Source of the DNA: Candidatus Latescibacterota bacterium
GTDB lineage: Bacteria > Latescibacterota > UBA2968
DNA length: 64,000 nt
Direction of reading: 5' to 3'
Assembly (NCBI GenBank): GCA_965207885.1
Contig: OZ242311.1
Span: 5,728,001-5,792,000, forward strand
Part shown: positions 49,086-60,352 of the stretch, piece by piece
Layout: every line of letters begins with the position of its first letter
How positions within the stretch are numbered: position 1 is the first letter of the stretch
Notes under the pieces: model-generated
What the model was told of the DNA's origin: nothing
The model's database searches: none
Seen by the model: the letters and a program-made list of their open reading frames with translations, nothing else
Program-made: the position numbers and the translations under genes

Positions 49086-50201
49086 ATGAAACCTGTCGTC
49101 GCGCACAGTGCCAACCCTTTTTTACCAGCCACAGCCACCTGGATATACGATCAAATTCGCGCACTGAAACGGTATCGCCCCATCGTCCTCACACAAACGC
49201 GCCAGAACCTGGATCGTTTTCCCCTGAAACCCGTTCTATCCACCGAAGATATCTCGCCCATTCGCAGAACAACCCTCCGCCTCACTCGCAAAATGCGCGG
49301 CACGTACGCCGGCTATGGAAACTGGCTCCGCGAACACAACGCCGCCCTCCTTCACGCGCATTTTGGACAAGAGGGATACCGATGTCTCTCCGCAAAACAA
49401 CGAGCGGGCATCCCCCTCATCACCACCTTTTACGGCCTGGACGTATCGGCACTGCCCCGTCAAAAAAAATGGCAAAAACGGTACAAACGACTCTTTGCCG
49501 AAGGCGATCTCTTCCTCGTCGAAGGCCCCTTCATGGGCGAACAACTCATCGCACTGGGATGCGCTGCCAACCGGGTAATCGTACAACACCTGGGCGTAGA
49601 TCTCAAAAAAATCCCCTTCAGAACAGACCACACACCCAAACAACCCATCGTATTGACCTATGCTGTATTCCGAGAAAAAAAAGGATTGAAATACGCAATC
49701 CAGGCATTTGCGAAAATAGCAGAAAAATACCCAGACGCCCAACTGCGGATGATCGGCGACGGGCCTTTGCGCCCACACCTACAAGCCGAAATACGAAATC
49801 TACACCTTGAAAACCGCGTAAAAATGCTCGGCCTGCTCCCCCATCCTCTCGCACTCGAAGAACTAAAACGCGCAACAATCCTCCTCTATCCCAGCGTCAC
49901 AGCATCAGATGGCGACACCGAAGGTGGTGCCCCCGTCGCGCTAATCGAAGCAATGGCAATGGGCGTCCCCATCGTATCGTCTCAACACGCCGACATCCCC
50001 GAAGTCGTCATCGACAAAACCTGTGGCCTATTATTCCCCGAACGAGATATCGCGGGCCTCGCTGAAGGATTGGATACCCTCCTCAGCTCCCCCGAACAAT
50101 TTGGCCGCGCTGGCCGCACCCATGTCGAAAATCAACACAACCTTCAAAAACAAGCCGAAAAATTAGAGGTGATTTATGATCGGGTTACAGGAATAAAATA
50201 G
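49086..50201 (+). CDS. GT4 family glycosyltransferase (WcaL-like)
   Basis: LHAHFG, EKKG, DGDTEGGAPVALIEAMAMG. Confidence 0.88.
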   Translation: MKPVVAHSANPFLPATATWIYDQIRALKRYRPIVLTQTRQNLDRFPLKPVLSTEDISPIRRTTLRLTRKMRGTYAGYGNWLREHNAALLHAHFGQEGYRCLSAKQRAGIPLITTFYGLDVSALPRQKKWQKRYKRLFAEGDLFLVEGPFMGEQLIALGCAANRVIVQHLGVDLKKIPFRTDHTPKQPIVLTYAVFREKKGLKYAIQAFAKIAEKYPDAQLRMIGDGPLRPHLQAEIRNLHLENRVKMLGLLPHPLALEELKRATILLYPSVTASDGDTEGGAPVALIEAMAMGVPIVSSQHADIPEVVIDKTCGLLFPERDIAGLAEGLDTLLSSPEQFGRAGRTHVENQHNLQKQAEKLEVIYDRVTGIK

Positions 50202-50204
50202 GAC

Positions 50205-50233
50205 GTAGGAGCGGGTTTGAAACCCGCTCCTAC
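50205..50233. repeat. GTAG-type REP-like palindrome
   Basis: GTAGGAGCGGGTTT-G-AAACCCGCTCCTAC perfect inverted repeat. Confidence 0.65.
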
Positions 50234-50355
50234 AATGGATAACTAACCACTGACCGCAATAAAGGATAACCTGCACCAATGGTTATTCTTGACATCCGCG
50301 ACTATTGGCGCAATTTATGGCAGTGTGTTCCCGCGAATTCAAACTGGAGACAGAA

Positions 50356-51729
50356 ATGCCTGAACGCCCCAACCTCGTATTTGTATTCCCTGACGAATAT
50401 CGCAAACAGGCCATGGGATTCATGAACGAAGACCCCGTAATAACCCCCAACATCGACAGATTTGCGTCTGAAAGCCTCGTATTAACCGACGCCGTAAGCA
50501 CCAGACCCGTATGCAGCCCATATCGGGCAATGCTCTTCACCGGACAATATCCCCACGCCAATGGCGTACTCGGCAACGTCAACTCCACCACAGTACAATA
50601 CGAAAACTACCTGAGAGAAAACGCACGGTGCTTCTCAGACGTATTGCACGACGCTGGCTACAATCAGGCGTACCTGGGCAAACTACACCTCGATCCCCCC
50701 AATGAACAATATGAATACACCGAAGGACCGAGATCAAATGGCGTCATCTGGGACTCATATACCCCGCCGGGACCGCGCAGACACGGCTATGACTTCTGGT
50801 ATTCCTATGGTTGTTGCGACTGGCACTTCAACCCTCACTATTGGACCGACAATGACCCCATTGAAAAGCGCATTGAACCGCGAGAATGGTCTCCCAAACA
50901 CGAAACCGACATCGCAATAAACTACATCCGCAACGAAGGTGGCAAATATCGAGATCCCGAAAAACCATTCTCACTCGTCATATCCCACAACCCACCGCAC
51001 ATGCCATTCAAACAAGTACCGGAAAAATACGTCGCCCAATACGGCGACGCCACCCATGAAGACCTCTTAACGCGCCCCAACGTACCCACAGATGAACGCG
51101 GCGACAGCGCCCGCGAAAACGCGAAACACTACTTCGCCATGGTAACCGGCGTCGATGAAAACTTCGGACACATACTGGACTGCTTAAAAACAGAGGGACT
51201 GGAAGAAGATACCATCGTAGTCTTCACCTCTGACCACGGTGAAATGATGGGCAGCCACGGCCGCATAGGCAAAACCGTACACTACGAAGAATCCTTTACC
51301 GTACCATTTATCATCCGCTGGCCCGGAAAAATCACACCCGGCACAGATAATTTGTTAATCGGCACACCTGACTTGATGCCCACATTGCTCAATCTCATGG
51401 GCGTGGGACAGATTCCCGACAGCGTCCAGGGAACGGATTACTCCGACATCCTCCTGGGCAGAGAAGGCACGCGTCCCACCTCTGCGCTCTACCTCAATGT
51501 AAACCCCGACAACCCCGCTGGCGGATCGCGCGGCGTGCGCACACACCGACACACGTATGTCGTCACGCGAACGCCTGAAAGCGAAGAAATAATCCTCCAC
51601 GACAACGTAGCAGACCCCTATCAACTCCAAAACATCGCTGGCGATCACCCCGGCCTTGTAGCAGAACTTGAGAAAGAAATGAACAACTGGTTAGCAAAAA
51701 CCGGCGACCCATGGTTAACGCAACAATAA
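50356..51729 (+). CDS. sulfatase (formylglycine-dependent)
   Basis: CSPYR, GKLHL, FTSDHG. Confidence 0.92.
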   Translation: MPERPNLVFVFPDEYRKQAMGFMNEDPVITPNIDRFASESLVLTDAVSTRPVCSPYRAMLFTGQYPHANGVLGNVNSTTVQYENYLRENARCFSDVLHDAGYNQAYLGKLHLDPPNEQYEYTEGPRSNGVIWDSYTPPGPRRHGYDFWYSYGCCDWHFNPHYWTDNDPIEKRIEPREWSPKHETDIAINYIRNEGGKYRDPEKPFSLVISHNPPHMPFKQVPEKYVAQYGDATHEDLLTRPNVPTDERGDSARENAKHYFAMVTGVDENFGHILDCLKTEGLEEDTIVVFTSDHGEMMGSHGRIGKTVHYEESFTVPFIIRWPGKITPGTDNLLIGTPDLMPTLLNLMGVGQIPDSVQGTDYSDILLGREGTRPTSALYLNVNPDNPAGGSRGVRTHRHTYVVTRTPESEEIILHDNVADPYQLQNIAGDHPGLVAELEKEMNNWLAKTGDPWLTQQ

Positions 51730-51739
51730 GGAGCAATAA

Positions 51740-53050
51740 ATGCCAGACACCCCAAATCTCCTCGTCATTCACACCGACGAACAAAGTTGCTGGACATTGA
51801 GCGCGTATGGCGGAACACTCGTCGAAACGCCCCACATCGACTCCCTGGCAAGCGAAGGCGCGATCTTGACCAACTTCATGGTCAACGTCGCCGTATGCAC
51901 CCCATCCCGAGGCGTATTCCTCACCGGGCGCTACGAACATGTACACGGTGCATATCGCAACAACATCCCCCTCAACCGCGATGAAATCACATTTGCTCAG
52001 GCACTAAAAGATCGCGGATACGACACCGGATACGCGGGCAAATGGCATCTGGACGGACCCCCGCGCCCCGGCTGGGTACACCCCGAACGCACAATGGGCT
52101 TTGACGACGCCGAATACATGTTCAATCGCGGACACTGGAAAAAAATCGAAGATACCGACATGGGCGATGTGCAACCCACAGTGTTTAATTACAGAACCAT
52201 GGGCGACGAAAAAACCTATCCAACGGACTGGCTAACCGAAAAAACCAACGAATTTATGACGCGAGATCGCGAAAATCCATTTTGTTTTATGCTCAGCATC
52301 CCCGATCCCCATCCCCCATTTACCGTGCGCCCACCCTACGACACCATGTACAACCCCGCAGACATGCCACTGCCCGACACGCGCAACGAAGAAAACCAGC
52401 CCAACTGGGTATCCAACAGACAGGCTCCAGAAGATGAAATCCTGCGCAAACACATGGCCCAATACTGCGGCATGGTCAAAGTCATCGACGACTGCGTGGG
52501 CAAAATGCTCGATGCACTGCGCGAAAAAGGCATCCTGGACAACACAATAGTCGTATTTACCTCCGACCACGGCGAATACCTCGGCGAACACGGACTCATG
52601 GGCAAAAATCAACTCTACGAAACCGCGTATCGCGTCCCCATGTTAATCCGCTGGCCCGAGAAAATCCCGGCTGGCACGCGCATAGACCGCCTGGTAGGCT
52701 CCGTCGATTTCATGCCCACCATCCTGACCCTCATGGGATATGAACCCTGTGGCCGCGAACACGGACGAGATGCATCCGCACTCTTACGCGGCGAAGAAAC
52801 CGAATGGGACGACATCTGTTATATCCACCACGACCCCGACAGAGCTGGCGTATTCACCCCCAATTACGAACTCGCCTATGTAAAGGACCACGACGCCATC
52901 CTCTTTGATCGCCAAAACGATCCCGACCAGGTGAACAACCTGTTTGACGCCCCCGAACACCGGGAAATGATCGCAACCATGACCGCCGACCTCGCCGCAC
53001 ATCACGCATCGGTCAACTCGCCATCAGCAGAATGGTTGCGGGAGCTATAA
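51740..53050 (+). CDS. sulfatase (formylglycine-dependent)
   Basis: CTPSR, GKWHL, FTSDHG. Confidence 0.92.
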   Translation: MPDTPNLLVIHTDEQSCWTLSAYGGTLVETPHIDSLASEGAILTNFMVNVAVCTPSRGVFLTGRYEHVHGAYRNNIPLNRDEITFAQALKDRGYDTGYAGKWHLDGPPRPGWVHPERTMGFDDAEYMFNRGHWKKIEDTDMGDVQPTVFNYRTMGDEKTYPTDWLTEKTNEFMTRDRENPFCFMLSIPDPHPPFTVRPPYDTMYNPADMPLPDTRNEENQPNWVSNRQAPEDEILRKHMAQYCGMVKVIDDCVGKMLDALREKGILDNTIVVFTSDHGEYLGEHGLMGKNQLYETAYRVPMLIRWPEKIPAGTRIDRLVGSVDFMPTILTLMGYEPCGREHGRDASALLRGEETEWDDICYIHHDPDRAGVFTPNYELAYVKDHDAILFDRQNDPDQVNNLFDAPEHREMIATMTADLAAHHASVNSPSAEWLREL

Positions 53051-53061
53051 TAGGAGGATCT

Positions 53062-53541
53062 ATGGCATTTGATTCACGGCTGCAACGAGATATAATGGGA
53101 CGATTTGTAACCGGCGTAACCGTCGTCACCACGCGATACAAAAACGGCGACATAACCGGCATGACAGCCAACGCCGTCATGTCATTGTCGCTGGACCCAC
53201 CGCTCGTCGTGGTATCGGTCGATAAATCGGCAACCATGCACAGCGCCTTATCTGACGGACAGTGTTATGCAATCAACATCCTTACCCGGGAACAAGAGCA
53301 TCTGTCCAACCGATTTGCCATGCCGGGACCAAAGGACTTTTCCGATCTGACATTGCGCGAAAGCAAAACAGGTGCGCCGATTTTGGAGGGAACGCTGGGA
53401 TATCTCGACTGCAAGATAGTGAACATCTTGCCAGCAGGCGATCACGACATGTTTGTAGGAGAAATACTGGCGGGAGAATTGGGAGAGGGGAATCCGTTGC
53501 TCTATTATGGAGGGAAGTATCGAAGTCTGGCAGAAGAATAA
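53062..53541 (+). CDS. flavin reductase family protein
   Basis: FVTGVTVVT, SLSLDPPL, AGDH, PLLY. Confidence 0.9.
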   Translation: MAFDSRLQRDIMGRFVTGVTVVTTRYKNGDITGMTANAVMSLSLDPPLVVVSVDKSATMHSALSDGQCYAINILTREQEHLSNRFAMPGPKDFSDLTLRESKTGAPILEGTLGYLDCKIVNILPAGDHDMFVGEILAGELGEGNPLLYYGGKYRSLAEE

Positions 53542-53543
53542 GC

Positions 53544-55259
53544 TCAGGTATGAACATACATATCCAAAAACCGCTTTTCCCCTTCTGAACTGCCAATAAG
53601 GAGAATCTCCGCTGCTCCTGGTAGCGGTTCATTGGGATCGGGATTGAGCTGCATTTCCTGGTTATTATTAACTGCGATAACCGTACAGTCCGTATTCCTG
53701 CGAATATGTGAATTTGCAATCGTTCTTCCAACAAGTGAAGAGGGTATCTTCATCCTGAACACGCTGATATCTTCACTAAACACACTCAGGCTCTCTGCCA
53801 CCATCAGAGTATCACTGCGTTTTAAGAAATTGAAAATCGCGTCCGCACCCATCGAAGCATAAGACATGACAAAATCCGCGCCTGCGCGATGCAGAGTCGC
53901 AATATTTCTCTCTTGCGTAACGCGGCTGATAATCTGAATTTCCGGATTTAATCGCCGGCAATAAACCGTGAGATAAACATTGATATCATCGTCGTGTGTC
54001 GTAATAATAACCGTCAACGCATTCATAATCTCGGCTCTTTTTAAAACCTCAAAATCCGCGGCATTGCCCACAATGCAATTATCGAGCCTCTGAGCCTGGA
54101 TAACATCTTTTTCCACAATCCGATAATCGAGACCCTGTTCCACAAGCGTGCGCGCAGCCTCCATGCCAACGCCGCCGCCGCCAATGATGACAACGGGAGC
54201 ATTTGAAACCTTGTAAATACAGAACAACTCGTTAAATCTATCCAACTGACTCTGCGTCCCCGTCATTACCAGCACAGTGTGGGGACCAATACGGGTATCG
54301 GGCAATGCCGGCTGAAAAATACCGCGTTCCCAGACGCCGACCGCCGTCAAGCCCAGTTCTCTACGCAGACCTATCTCCTCGAGTGTTTGGCCCACAAGAG
54401 GCGTATGGGCCGCCGTGGTCTCGGCAATGAACAAATCGTCGTACTGGCCAATCACATGCGCTGCGGTCTCCCCGCTCTGGGTGCGCCGCGCAAGAGATGC
54501 ACCGAGCATTTTTTCGAGTTGAAGCACATGGTCGCATCCCGCTAATTCGAGAATATCCACTGAATCGGGGTCATCCACCTTGGCGATAATCGGCACAGTC
54601 GGATTGAGGTCGCGCACAGTAAATGCAATATGGGTATTAATTGGATCGGTATCTGTTGTCGCAACAAGAGCCGCTTGTTCAATCTGCATTTTTTTGTACG
54701 TTTCAGGATTGTCCAAATCCCCAACCACAACATTGATACCCTGATCGTATAGTTGCTGTGCATGCGCCAAATCTGGCGTAATGAGATAGTAGGAATACTG
54801 GTAGCGATCCAGCTTATTGATAAGCGCTTGTGCAATGGGGTCATAGTGGGTCAACAAAACATGGTCTCTCGTACTGCGGGGCAACTGACGCGGCGCGCGG
54901 GCTTCGGATTGGGCTTGAATCCACGGCGCGTAAAAAAACTGAATAAAAGTAAACGGCAGAACAATAAGCAAAAAAACCATACCAGTCAGCAAAACGATCA
55001 TAGAAAAAAAACGCCCCAAATCCCCCTGGAAAGTAATATCGCCAAAACCCAATGTTGACATAACCGTAAGCGTCCAATAAAAACCTGTAAACCAGCTAAA
55101 CTCCTGGCCCTCTCTCAGCATGATGAAATGAAAAAGAACGCTAAAAATTGTAACAATCACAGAAAAGGCCAGCAACAATTTGAACAAAGTTCCGAGATTT
55201 CGCCGAGTTGTGCGCCTTCGCAATAAAAAGGCGAATTGTGGGGCAAGACCCTTGATCAT
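53544..55259 (-). CDS. potassium channel protein with tandem RCK (TrkA-N/C) domains
   Basis: Pore TMSTLGFGD; two RCK domains. Confidence 0.88.
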   Translation of the reverse strand: MIKGLAPQFAFLLRRRTTRRNLGTLFKLLLAFSVIVTIFSVLFHFIMLREGQEFSWFTGFYWTLTVMSTLGFGDITFQGDLGRFFSMIVLLTGMVFLLIVLPFTFIQFFYAPWIQAQSEARAPRQLPRSTRDHVLLTHYDPIAQALINKLDRYQYSYYLITPDLAHAQQLYDQGINVVVGDLDNPETYKKMQIEQAALVATTDTDPINTHIAFTVRDLNPTVPIIAKVDDPDSVDILELAGCDHVLQLEKMLGASLARRTQSGETAAHVIGQYDDLFIAETTAAHTPLVGQTLEEIGLRRELGLTAVGVWERGIFQPALPDTRIGPHTVLVMTGTQSQLDRFNELFCIYKVSNAPVVIIGGGGVGMEAARTLVEQGLDYRIVEKDVIQAQRLDNCIVGNAADFEVLKRAEIMNALTVIITTHDDDINVYLTVYCRRLNPEIQIISRVTQERNIATLHRAGADFVMSYASMGADAIFNFLKRSDTLMVAESLSVFSEDISVFRMKIPSSLVGRTIANSHIRRNTDCTVIAVNNNQEMQLNPDPNEPLPGAAEILLIGSSEGEKRFLDMYVHT

Positions 55260-55360
55260 ATCGGTTATTCCTCAACAGGTAAACGGAGAACGAGGATTAC
55301 AAAGATAGAGTATCACAACAGTTGTGTCAATTTGGTTCTCAAAAAAGAAAGGAACCCGAA

Positions 55361-56788
55361 ATGTCATCCAGATACAACATCCTGCTCATAATCTCAGAAG
55401 ACAACGGGCAGCATCTGGGTTGTTATGGCGACCCCTATGCACAAACGCCGCACATAGATAAACTCGCCTCTGAAGGCGTGCGATTTGAAAACATGTATGC
55501 GACGCAGGCCGTGTGCAGTCCTGGCCGGGCGAGTATTCTAACCGGATTATATCCACACCAGAATGGTCAGTTCGGATTGGCAACCCACAAATACGCCCTG
55601 TACGATACATTTCCCAACATGCCCCGCCTGTTAAAAAACGAAGGATACAGAACCGGACTAATCGGCAAATTGCACATCAACCCCGAAGACGCCTTTCCCT
55701 ACGACCTGCGGTGGAATCCGAAAGAATTTATCAGCTTTGCCAACCGCGACGTACGCAAAATGGCCGAAGTAGCGGGCGAATTTATGAAACCATCAGACGA
55801 GCCATTCTTTCTACAAATCAGTTTTCCCGACGCGCACCTGCCCTTCCACCGTCAACAATTCGGCGTACCAGAACAACCACAGGAAGGCAAAGACGTCGAG
55901 ACGCTTCCATTTATCGGCATTGATACCCCTCGTCTCCGAGAGGAAACAGCAGACTATTACAACTGCATGTCCAGATTGGACACCGGCATAGGACTGGTCT
56001 TAGAACAACTGAATGCCCTGGGAAAAGCCGAAAATACACTCGTAATTTTTACGACCGATCACGGTGCCCAGTTTTCCCGGGGAAAAACATCGATCTACGA
56101 GGGCGGATTGCGCATACCACTAATCGTGCGATGCCCCGGCATCAGCCTTAAAGGTCACACACGCGATGAATTGGTATCGCAAATCGACATCTTGCCAACC
56201 GTGACAGATATCCTGGGAGTAGCGTGTCCTCCAAACGTGGCAGGCACATCCTTTGCACCCCTGTTAAAAGGACAAAAAATTGAATGGCGCACCCATCTAT
56301 ACGCCGAGTGGGGAAGCGGTGGCGTCGTCACGTACTTCCCTCAGCGCTCCGTGCGAAATGACCGATACAAACTCATCGCCAATCTCCTCCAGGACCGCCC
56401 AAGCCCGAGCGCACTGGGATATTCGGACAGAAACCAAAAATGGACATCCGGCGCAACACAAGAGGAAATTGCCGGTTCAGATAAGCGCATTCGGGCAGCT
56501 TATGAACTCTATGAACAACCGCCAAAATACGAAGTCTATGACCTGCAAAACGACCCATGGGAATTTGAAAATCTATCCCATAATCCGGCATACCGCGACA
56601 TATTACAAGAATTAAAAAATCGCCTTGAGACCTGGCAGAAAGAAACCCACGACGCCCTGAGACACCCCGAAAACCTGCATCGCCTCACCCGAAAACACGA
56701 CGAAATCCAGGAAAGGTACTACGCGGAAAGCGTATGGGGAAGTTCCCGAAATTACGAGTGGGACTACACCGAATACCTCTACCGATAA
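55361..56788 (+). CDS. sulfatase (sulfamidase-like)
   Basis: CSPGR, GKLH, TTDHG. Confidence 0.9.
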   Translation: MSSRYNILLIISEDNGQHLGCYGDPYAQTPHIDKLASEGVRFENMYATQAVCSPGRASILTGLYPHQNGQFGLATHKYALYDTFPNMPRLLKNEGYRTGLIGKLHINPEDAFPYDLRWNPKEFISFANRDVRKMAEVAGEFMKPSDEPFFLQISFPDAHLPFHRQQFGVPEQPQEGKDVETLPFIGIDTPRLREETADYYNCMSRLDTGIGLVLEQLNALGKAENTLVIFTTDHGAQFSRGKTSIYEGGLRIPLIVRCPGISLKGHTRDELVSQIDILPTVTDILGVACPPNVAGTSFAPLLKGQKIEWRTHLYAEWGSGGVVTYFPQRSVRNDRYKLIANLLQDRPSPSALGYSDRNQKWTSGATQEEIAGSDKRIRAAYELYEQPPKYEVYDLQNDPWEFENLSHNPAYRDILQELKNRLETWQKETHDALRHPENLHRLTRKHDEIQERYYAESVWGSSRNYEWDYTEYLYR

Positions 56789-56797
56789 GGAGAAAAC

Positions 56798-58048
56798 ATG
56801 GCAAAAACACGCCTGACAATTGAAGGCGAAAAATTTCTGATAAACGAGAAAGTGACGTATTCAGACATTGATAGAACGAGACCCGGTGCCCATGGTCTGC
56901 TCATGAACGCCCGATTTATACAGGGCATTTTTGACGACGCGATGGCACCCGACCGCTTTGCGCGCTGGGGACACGGCGAATGGGATCCCAGGGCCAATAC
57001 CGAGCGCCTCATAGCTGCATTGCCCGAATGGTACCGCTATGGACTGCGCGCATTCACAACCGGATTCCAGGGCGGAGGCCCGTGTTTCACAGTGCCAAAT
57101 CACACCATCCAGAACAACCCCTTTGGCACAGACGGCCTGAACCTCGACGCCGACTACGCCGAGCGGATGGACAAATTGATCCGGGGAGCAGATGCGGTTG
57201 GGATGATCGTCATCGTCAGCTTCTTTTACGGCTCGCAAACCCGCTGGTTAAAAGATGAAAAAGCCATCCGCAACGCCGTAACAACCGCCTCGCGTTTTGT
57301 AAAAGAATATCCCAACGTCATCATCGAAGTCGCAAACGAGATGAATATTGGATCCTTTGCAAATCATCCCATCATACAAGAACCCGAAGGAATGGTAACA
57401 CTATTGAATCTGGCGCGAAAAGAATCGGGCGGCTTGCCCTGTGGGTGCAGTGGCGGGGGTGGATATCGCAATCGAGAAGTCGCCGAAGCCAGCGATGTCA
57501 TACTCATACACGGAAATGGTTGCACCCGGCAACGATATCACAACATGATCCAGGAAGTGCGAAACTGGAACCTGAACCGCCCTATCGTGTGCAACGAAGA
57601 TTCCCAGGCCATCGGTCAACTCCAGGTCGCCTATAAAACGCAGACCTCGTGGGGATATTACAACAACATGACCAAACAGGAACCACCCGCCGACTGGGGA
57701 ATCACCACGGGAGAAGACACCTTTTTTGCACACCGGATGGCAGACGGCATAGGAATCGACACAGACCCGATTGATGACCAGTACTATCTCCAGGGGTTAG
57801 AACCCAATTGGACATATCAGGGCCTGCGCTGGCTTCGACTGGCCAGCTTATATCCCGAAACAATCAGTTATGTCGATTTTTATCGGAATGGCAAATACTA
57901 CGACACCGCGTATGACGAACCCTTTTCCCTGCATTTTCAGACCAATTGGCGGCAAGGCGGCATAGACTTTCGGGACGATGACCGGGAATGGAAAGCCGTT
58001 ATCCACTGTGGTGACGGTCAGGTAATCGAAAAAATTGTTCAATGTTGA
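56798..58048 (+). CDS. hypothetical glycoside-hydrolase-like TIM barrel protein
   Basis: EVANE and PIVCNED motifs resembling clan GH-A catalytic glutamates. Confidence 0.5.
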   Translation: MAKTRLTIEGEKFLINEKVTYSDIDRTRPGAHGLLMNARFIQGIFDDAMAPDRFARWGHGEWDPRANTERLIAALPEWYRYGLRAFTTGFQGGGPCFTVPNHTIQNNPFGTDGLNLDADYAERMDKLIRGADAVGMIVIVSFFYGSQTRWLKDEKAIRNAVTTASRFVKEYPNVIIEVANEMNIGSFANHPIIQEPEGMVTLLNLARKESGGLPCGCSGGGGYRNREVAEASDVILIHGNGCTRQRYHNMIQEVRNWNLNRPIVCNEDSQAIGQLQVAYKTQTSWGYYNNMTKQEPPADWGITTGEDTFFAHRMADGIGIDTDPIDDQYYLQGLEPNWTYQGLRWLRLASLYPETISYVDFYRNGKYYDTAYDEPFSLHFQTNWRQGGIDFRDDDREWKAVIHCGDGQVIEKIVQC

Positions 58049-58055
58049 AAAAGCG

Positions 58056-58091
58056 CGAATAGACGAATAGACGAATAGACGAATAGACGAA
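58056..58091. repeat. intergenic tandem repeat (CGAATAGA)x4.5
   Basis: Read directly from the sequence. Confidence 0.9.
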
Positions 58092-58223
58092 CCCCGCCCA
58101 ACCACCCAAAACCTCTGGATTGCGACTAAAACCATGCCGCAATGACGGCTTTCATGTACATTACCTGTTTCATTGATTCGTTGATGAACTGCTGGCGCAG
58201 TTGTACCCCGTTCCGTTGATTCG

Positions 58224-59426
58224 TTAATTCGCATTTAAAAACTCATCCAGCGCATTCACCGCCTCATCAATATGTTCTTTCTCAATCACCAGCGGCGGCA
58301 AAAAGCGCACCACATCTGGCCCTGCGACACATACCAGAATATCGTTATTTTCCCGAATCGCATTCATCGCATCTGCCGCTGGTATCTCTTTCAGCACTGC
58401 GCCCGCGATCAACCCGCTACCGCGAATTTCCGTCACCTTATCGGCGTGTTTGTCTTTCAATGCACTCAGTTTCCCAAACAAATACGCACTCTTCTCCTGG
58501 ATACCCGCAATAAATGCGGGATCAGACAGCGTTCTAAACACCTCAATCGCCACCGCACACGACACGGGATGCGCTCCAAATGTCGCGGCGTGATCCCCCG
58601 GCTCCACTGCATCGGCCACATCCTGCGTCACAAGCGTTGCTCCAATCGGCAACCCACCCGCTAAGGGCTTGGCAAGCGTCATAATATCTGGCGCCACGCC
58701 GTACTGCTCATAGCAAAACAGCGAACCAGCCCGCCCCAAACCGCACTGAATCTCATCGAAAATCAACAACATCTTCATCTCATCGCACAGGGCGCGCACA
58801 CCCTCCAAAAATTCCGGATCTGCCGAATGAATACCCCCTTCTGCCTGTAGCGGCTCCAGCAACACAGCCACCGTCTGCCCATCTGCTATCTTCTCCACCG
58901 ACTCCAAATCGTTCAAATCGGCAAATTCAATACCCGGCAGCATCGGCCCAAATCCCTGGTGATATCTGGGCTGACCCGTTGCAGAAATCCCGCCATAGGT
59001 TCGCCCGTGAAAAGAATTATTCATCGCGATAATTTTATTCTTGGGTGCATCTTCAAAATTCTTATACCCCCACTTGCGCGCAAACTTCAGCGCGGCCTCG
59101 ATGGACTCTGTTCCGCTATTGCAAAAAAACACGCGATCGGCAAACGAATGCTCGCACAACAACTGCGCCAGCTGAGGCGCCGGAATCGTATGATACAAAT
59201 TTGAAACATGGATCAACTTGCCCAACTGCGCGTTGGCAGCCTCTTGAATCACCGAATTATTATATCCCAGGGCATTGACAGACAAGCCACTTACAAAGTC
59301 GAGATAGTGCTTCCCGTCCGTATCCACAATATGGACCCCATCGCCCTTTTCCAGCACAAACTCGGGCCGTCCGTAGGTCTGCAAGATATACTTCTGTTCT
59401 AAGTCAATAATTTCTCGAGTCGTCAT
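58224..59426 (-). CDS. argD: acetylornithine aminotransferase
   Basis: SFHGRT, FDEIQCGLGR, AKPLAGG; arg operon context. Confidence 0.92.
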   Translation of the reverse strand: MTTREIIDLEQKYILQTYGRPEFVLEKGDGVHIVDTDGKHYLDFVSGLSVNALGYNNSVIQEAANAQLGKLIHVSNLYHTIPAPQLAQLLCEHSFADRVFFCNSGTESIEAALKFARKWGYKNFEDAPKNKIIAMNNSFHGRTYGGISATGQPRYHQGFGPMLPGIEFADLNDLESVEKIADGQTVAVLLEPLQAEGGIHSADPEFLEGVRALCDEMKMLLIFDEIQCGLGRAGSLFCYEQYGVAPDIMTLAKPLAGGLPIGATLVTQDVADAVEPGDHAATFGAHPVSCAVAIEVFRTLSDPAFIAGIQEKSAYLFGKLSALKDKHADKVTEIRGSGLIAGAVLKEIPAADAMNAIRENNDILVCVAGPDVVRFLPPLVIEKEHIDEAVNALDEFLNAN

Positions 59427-59449
59427 GCTAAATCCTTATGGTTAAAAAT

Positions 59450-60352
59450 TTACTGCACAATTTGCGTGCCAATACCCTCGCGGGTAAAAATCTCCAGCAA
59501 AAGCGCGTGCGGAACACTGCCATCAATAATATGCGTCTTGTGAACACCGCCCTTCACAGAACGCTCACACGCACGCAACTTGGGAATCATCCCCCCGCTG
59601 GCAATACCTCTCTCAATCAACATCTCCACATCATTGACATGCAGTGTTGAAATCTGCGAATCCGGATCATCTGGAAACCGTCGGATACCATTCACATCCG
59701 TCAAAAACACCAGCTTCTCCGCTTGCAGTGCCCGCGCAATCTCACCTGCTGCCGTATCGGCATTCACATTATAACTCTCGCCCTCTGGCCCCAAACCAAC
59801 CGGCGAAATAACGGGAATCATACCTTCTTCACAAGCCAGACGGACGGGTTCGGGATCAATTCGGGCGACATCGCCAACATAGCCGATATCGACCTCTTTG
59901 GTCTTCCCGCCTTCCTCCTCTACCGTCGCAAAATGCTGCGTCACATACATCACCCCCGCGTCTTTGGCCGACATACCGCGCGCGCGACCATCGAGTATTT
60001 CCAGACCATCGACAATACGCCGGTTCACCTCGCCAAACAACGTATCTTCCACCACCTGCATCGACGCCTTATCGGTCACGCGCAAGCCATTGACCCATTC
60101 AGATTCAATACCCGATGCCTCCAGACGCCTGCTAATATCCTTCCCCCCACCGTGTACAACCACGGGACGCATACCCACGGTCTCCATAAACACCAGATCG
60201 GCCATGATCGTAGGAGACCCTCTCTCTTCAGGCTGTGTGCTACCGCCGTATTTCACCACAATAATTTTGTTGCGAAATGCGCGAATATACGGAAATGCCT
60301 CAATCAAAATTTCAGCCTTTTCAATTATTTTTTGATCCAAGATTTTCTCCAT
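59450..60352 (-). CDS. argB: acetylglutamate kinase
   Basis: VVKYGG, VHGGG, GLRVTD, NVNAD, GGMIPK. Confidence 0.95.
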   Translation of the reverse strand: MEKILDQKIIEKAEILIEAFPYIRAFRNKIIVVKYGGSTQPEERGSPTIMADLVFMETVGMRPVVVHGGGKDISRRLEASGIESEWVNGLRVTDKASMQVVEDTLFGEVNRRIVDGLEILDGRARGMSAKDAGVMYVTQHFATVEEEGGKTKEVDIGYVGDVARIDPEPVRLACEEGMIPVISPVGLGPEGESYNVNADTAAGEIARALQAEKLVFLTDVNGIRRFPDDPDSQISTLHVNDVEMLIERGIASGGMIPKLRACERSVKGGVHKTHIIDGSVPHALLLEIFTREGIGTQIVQ

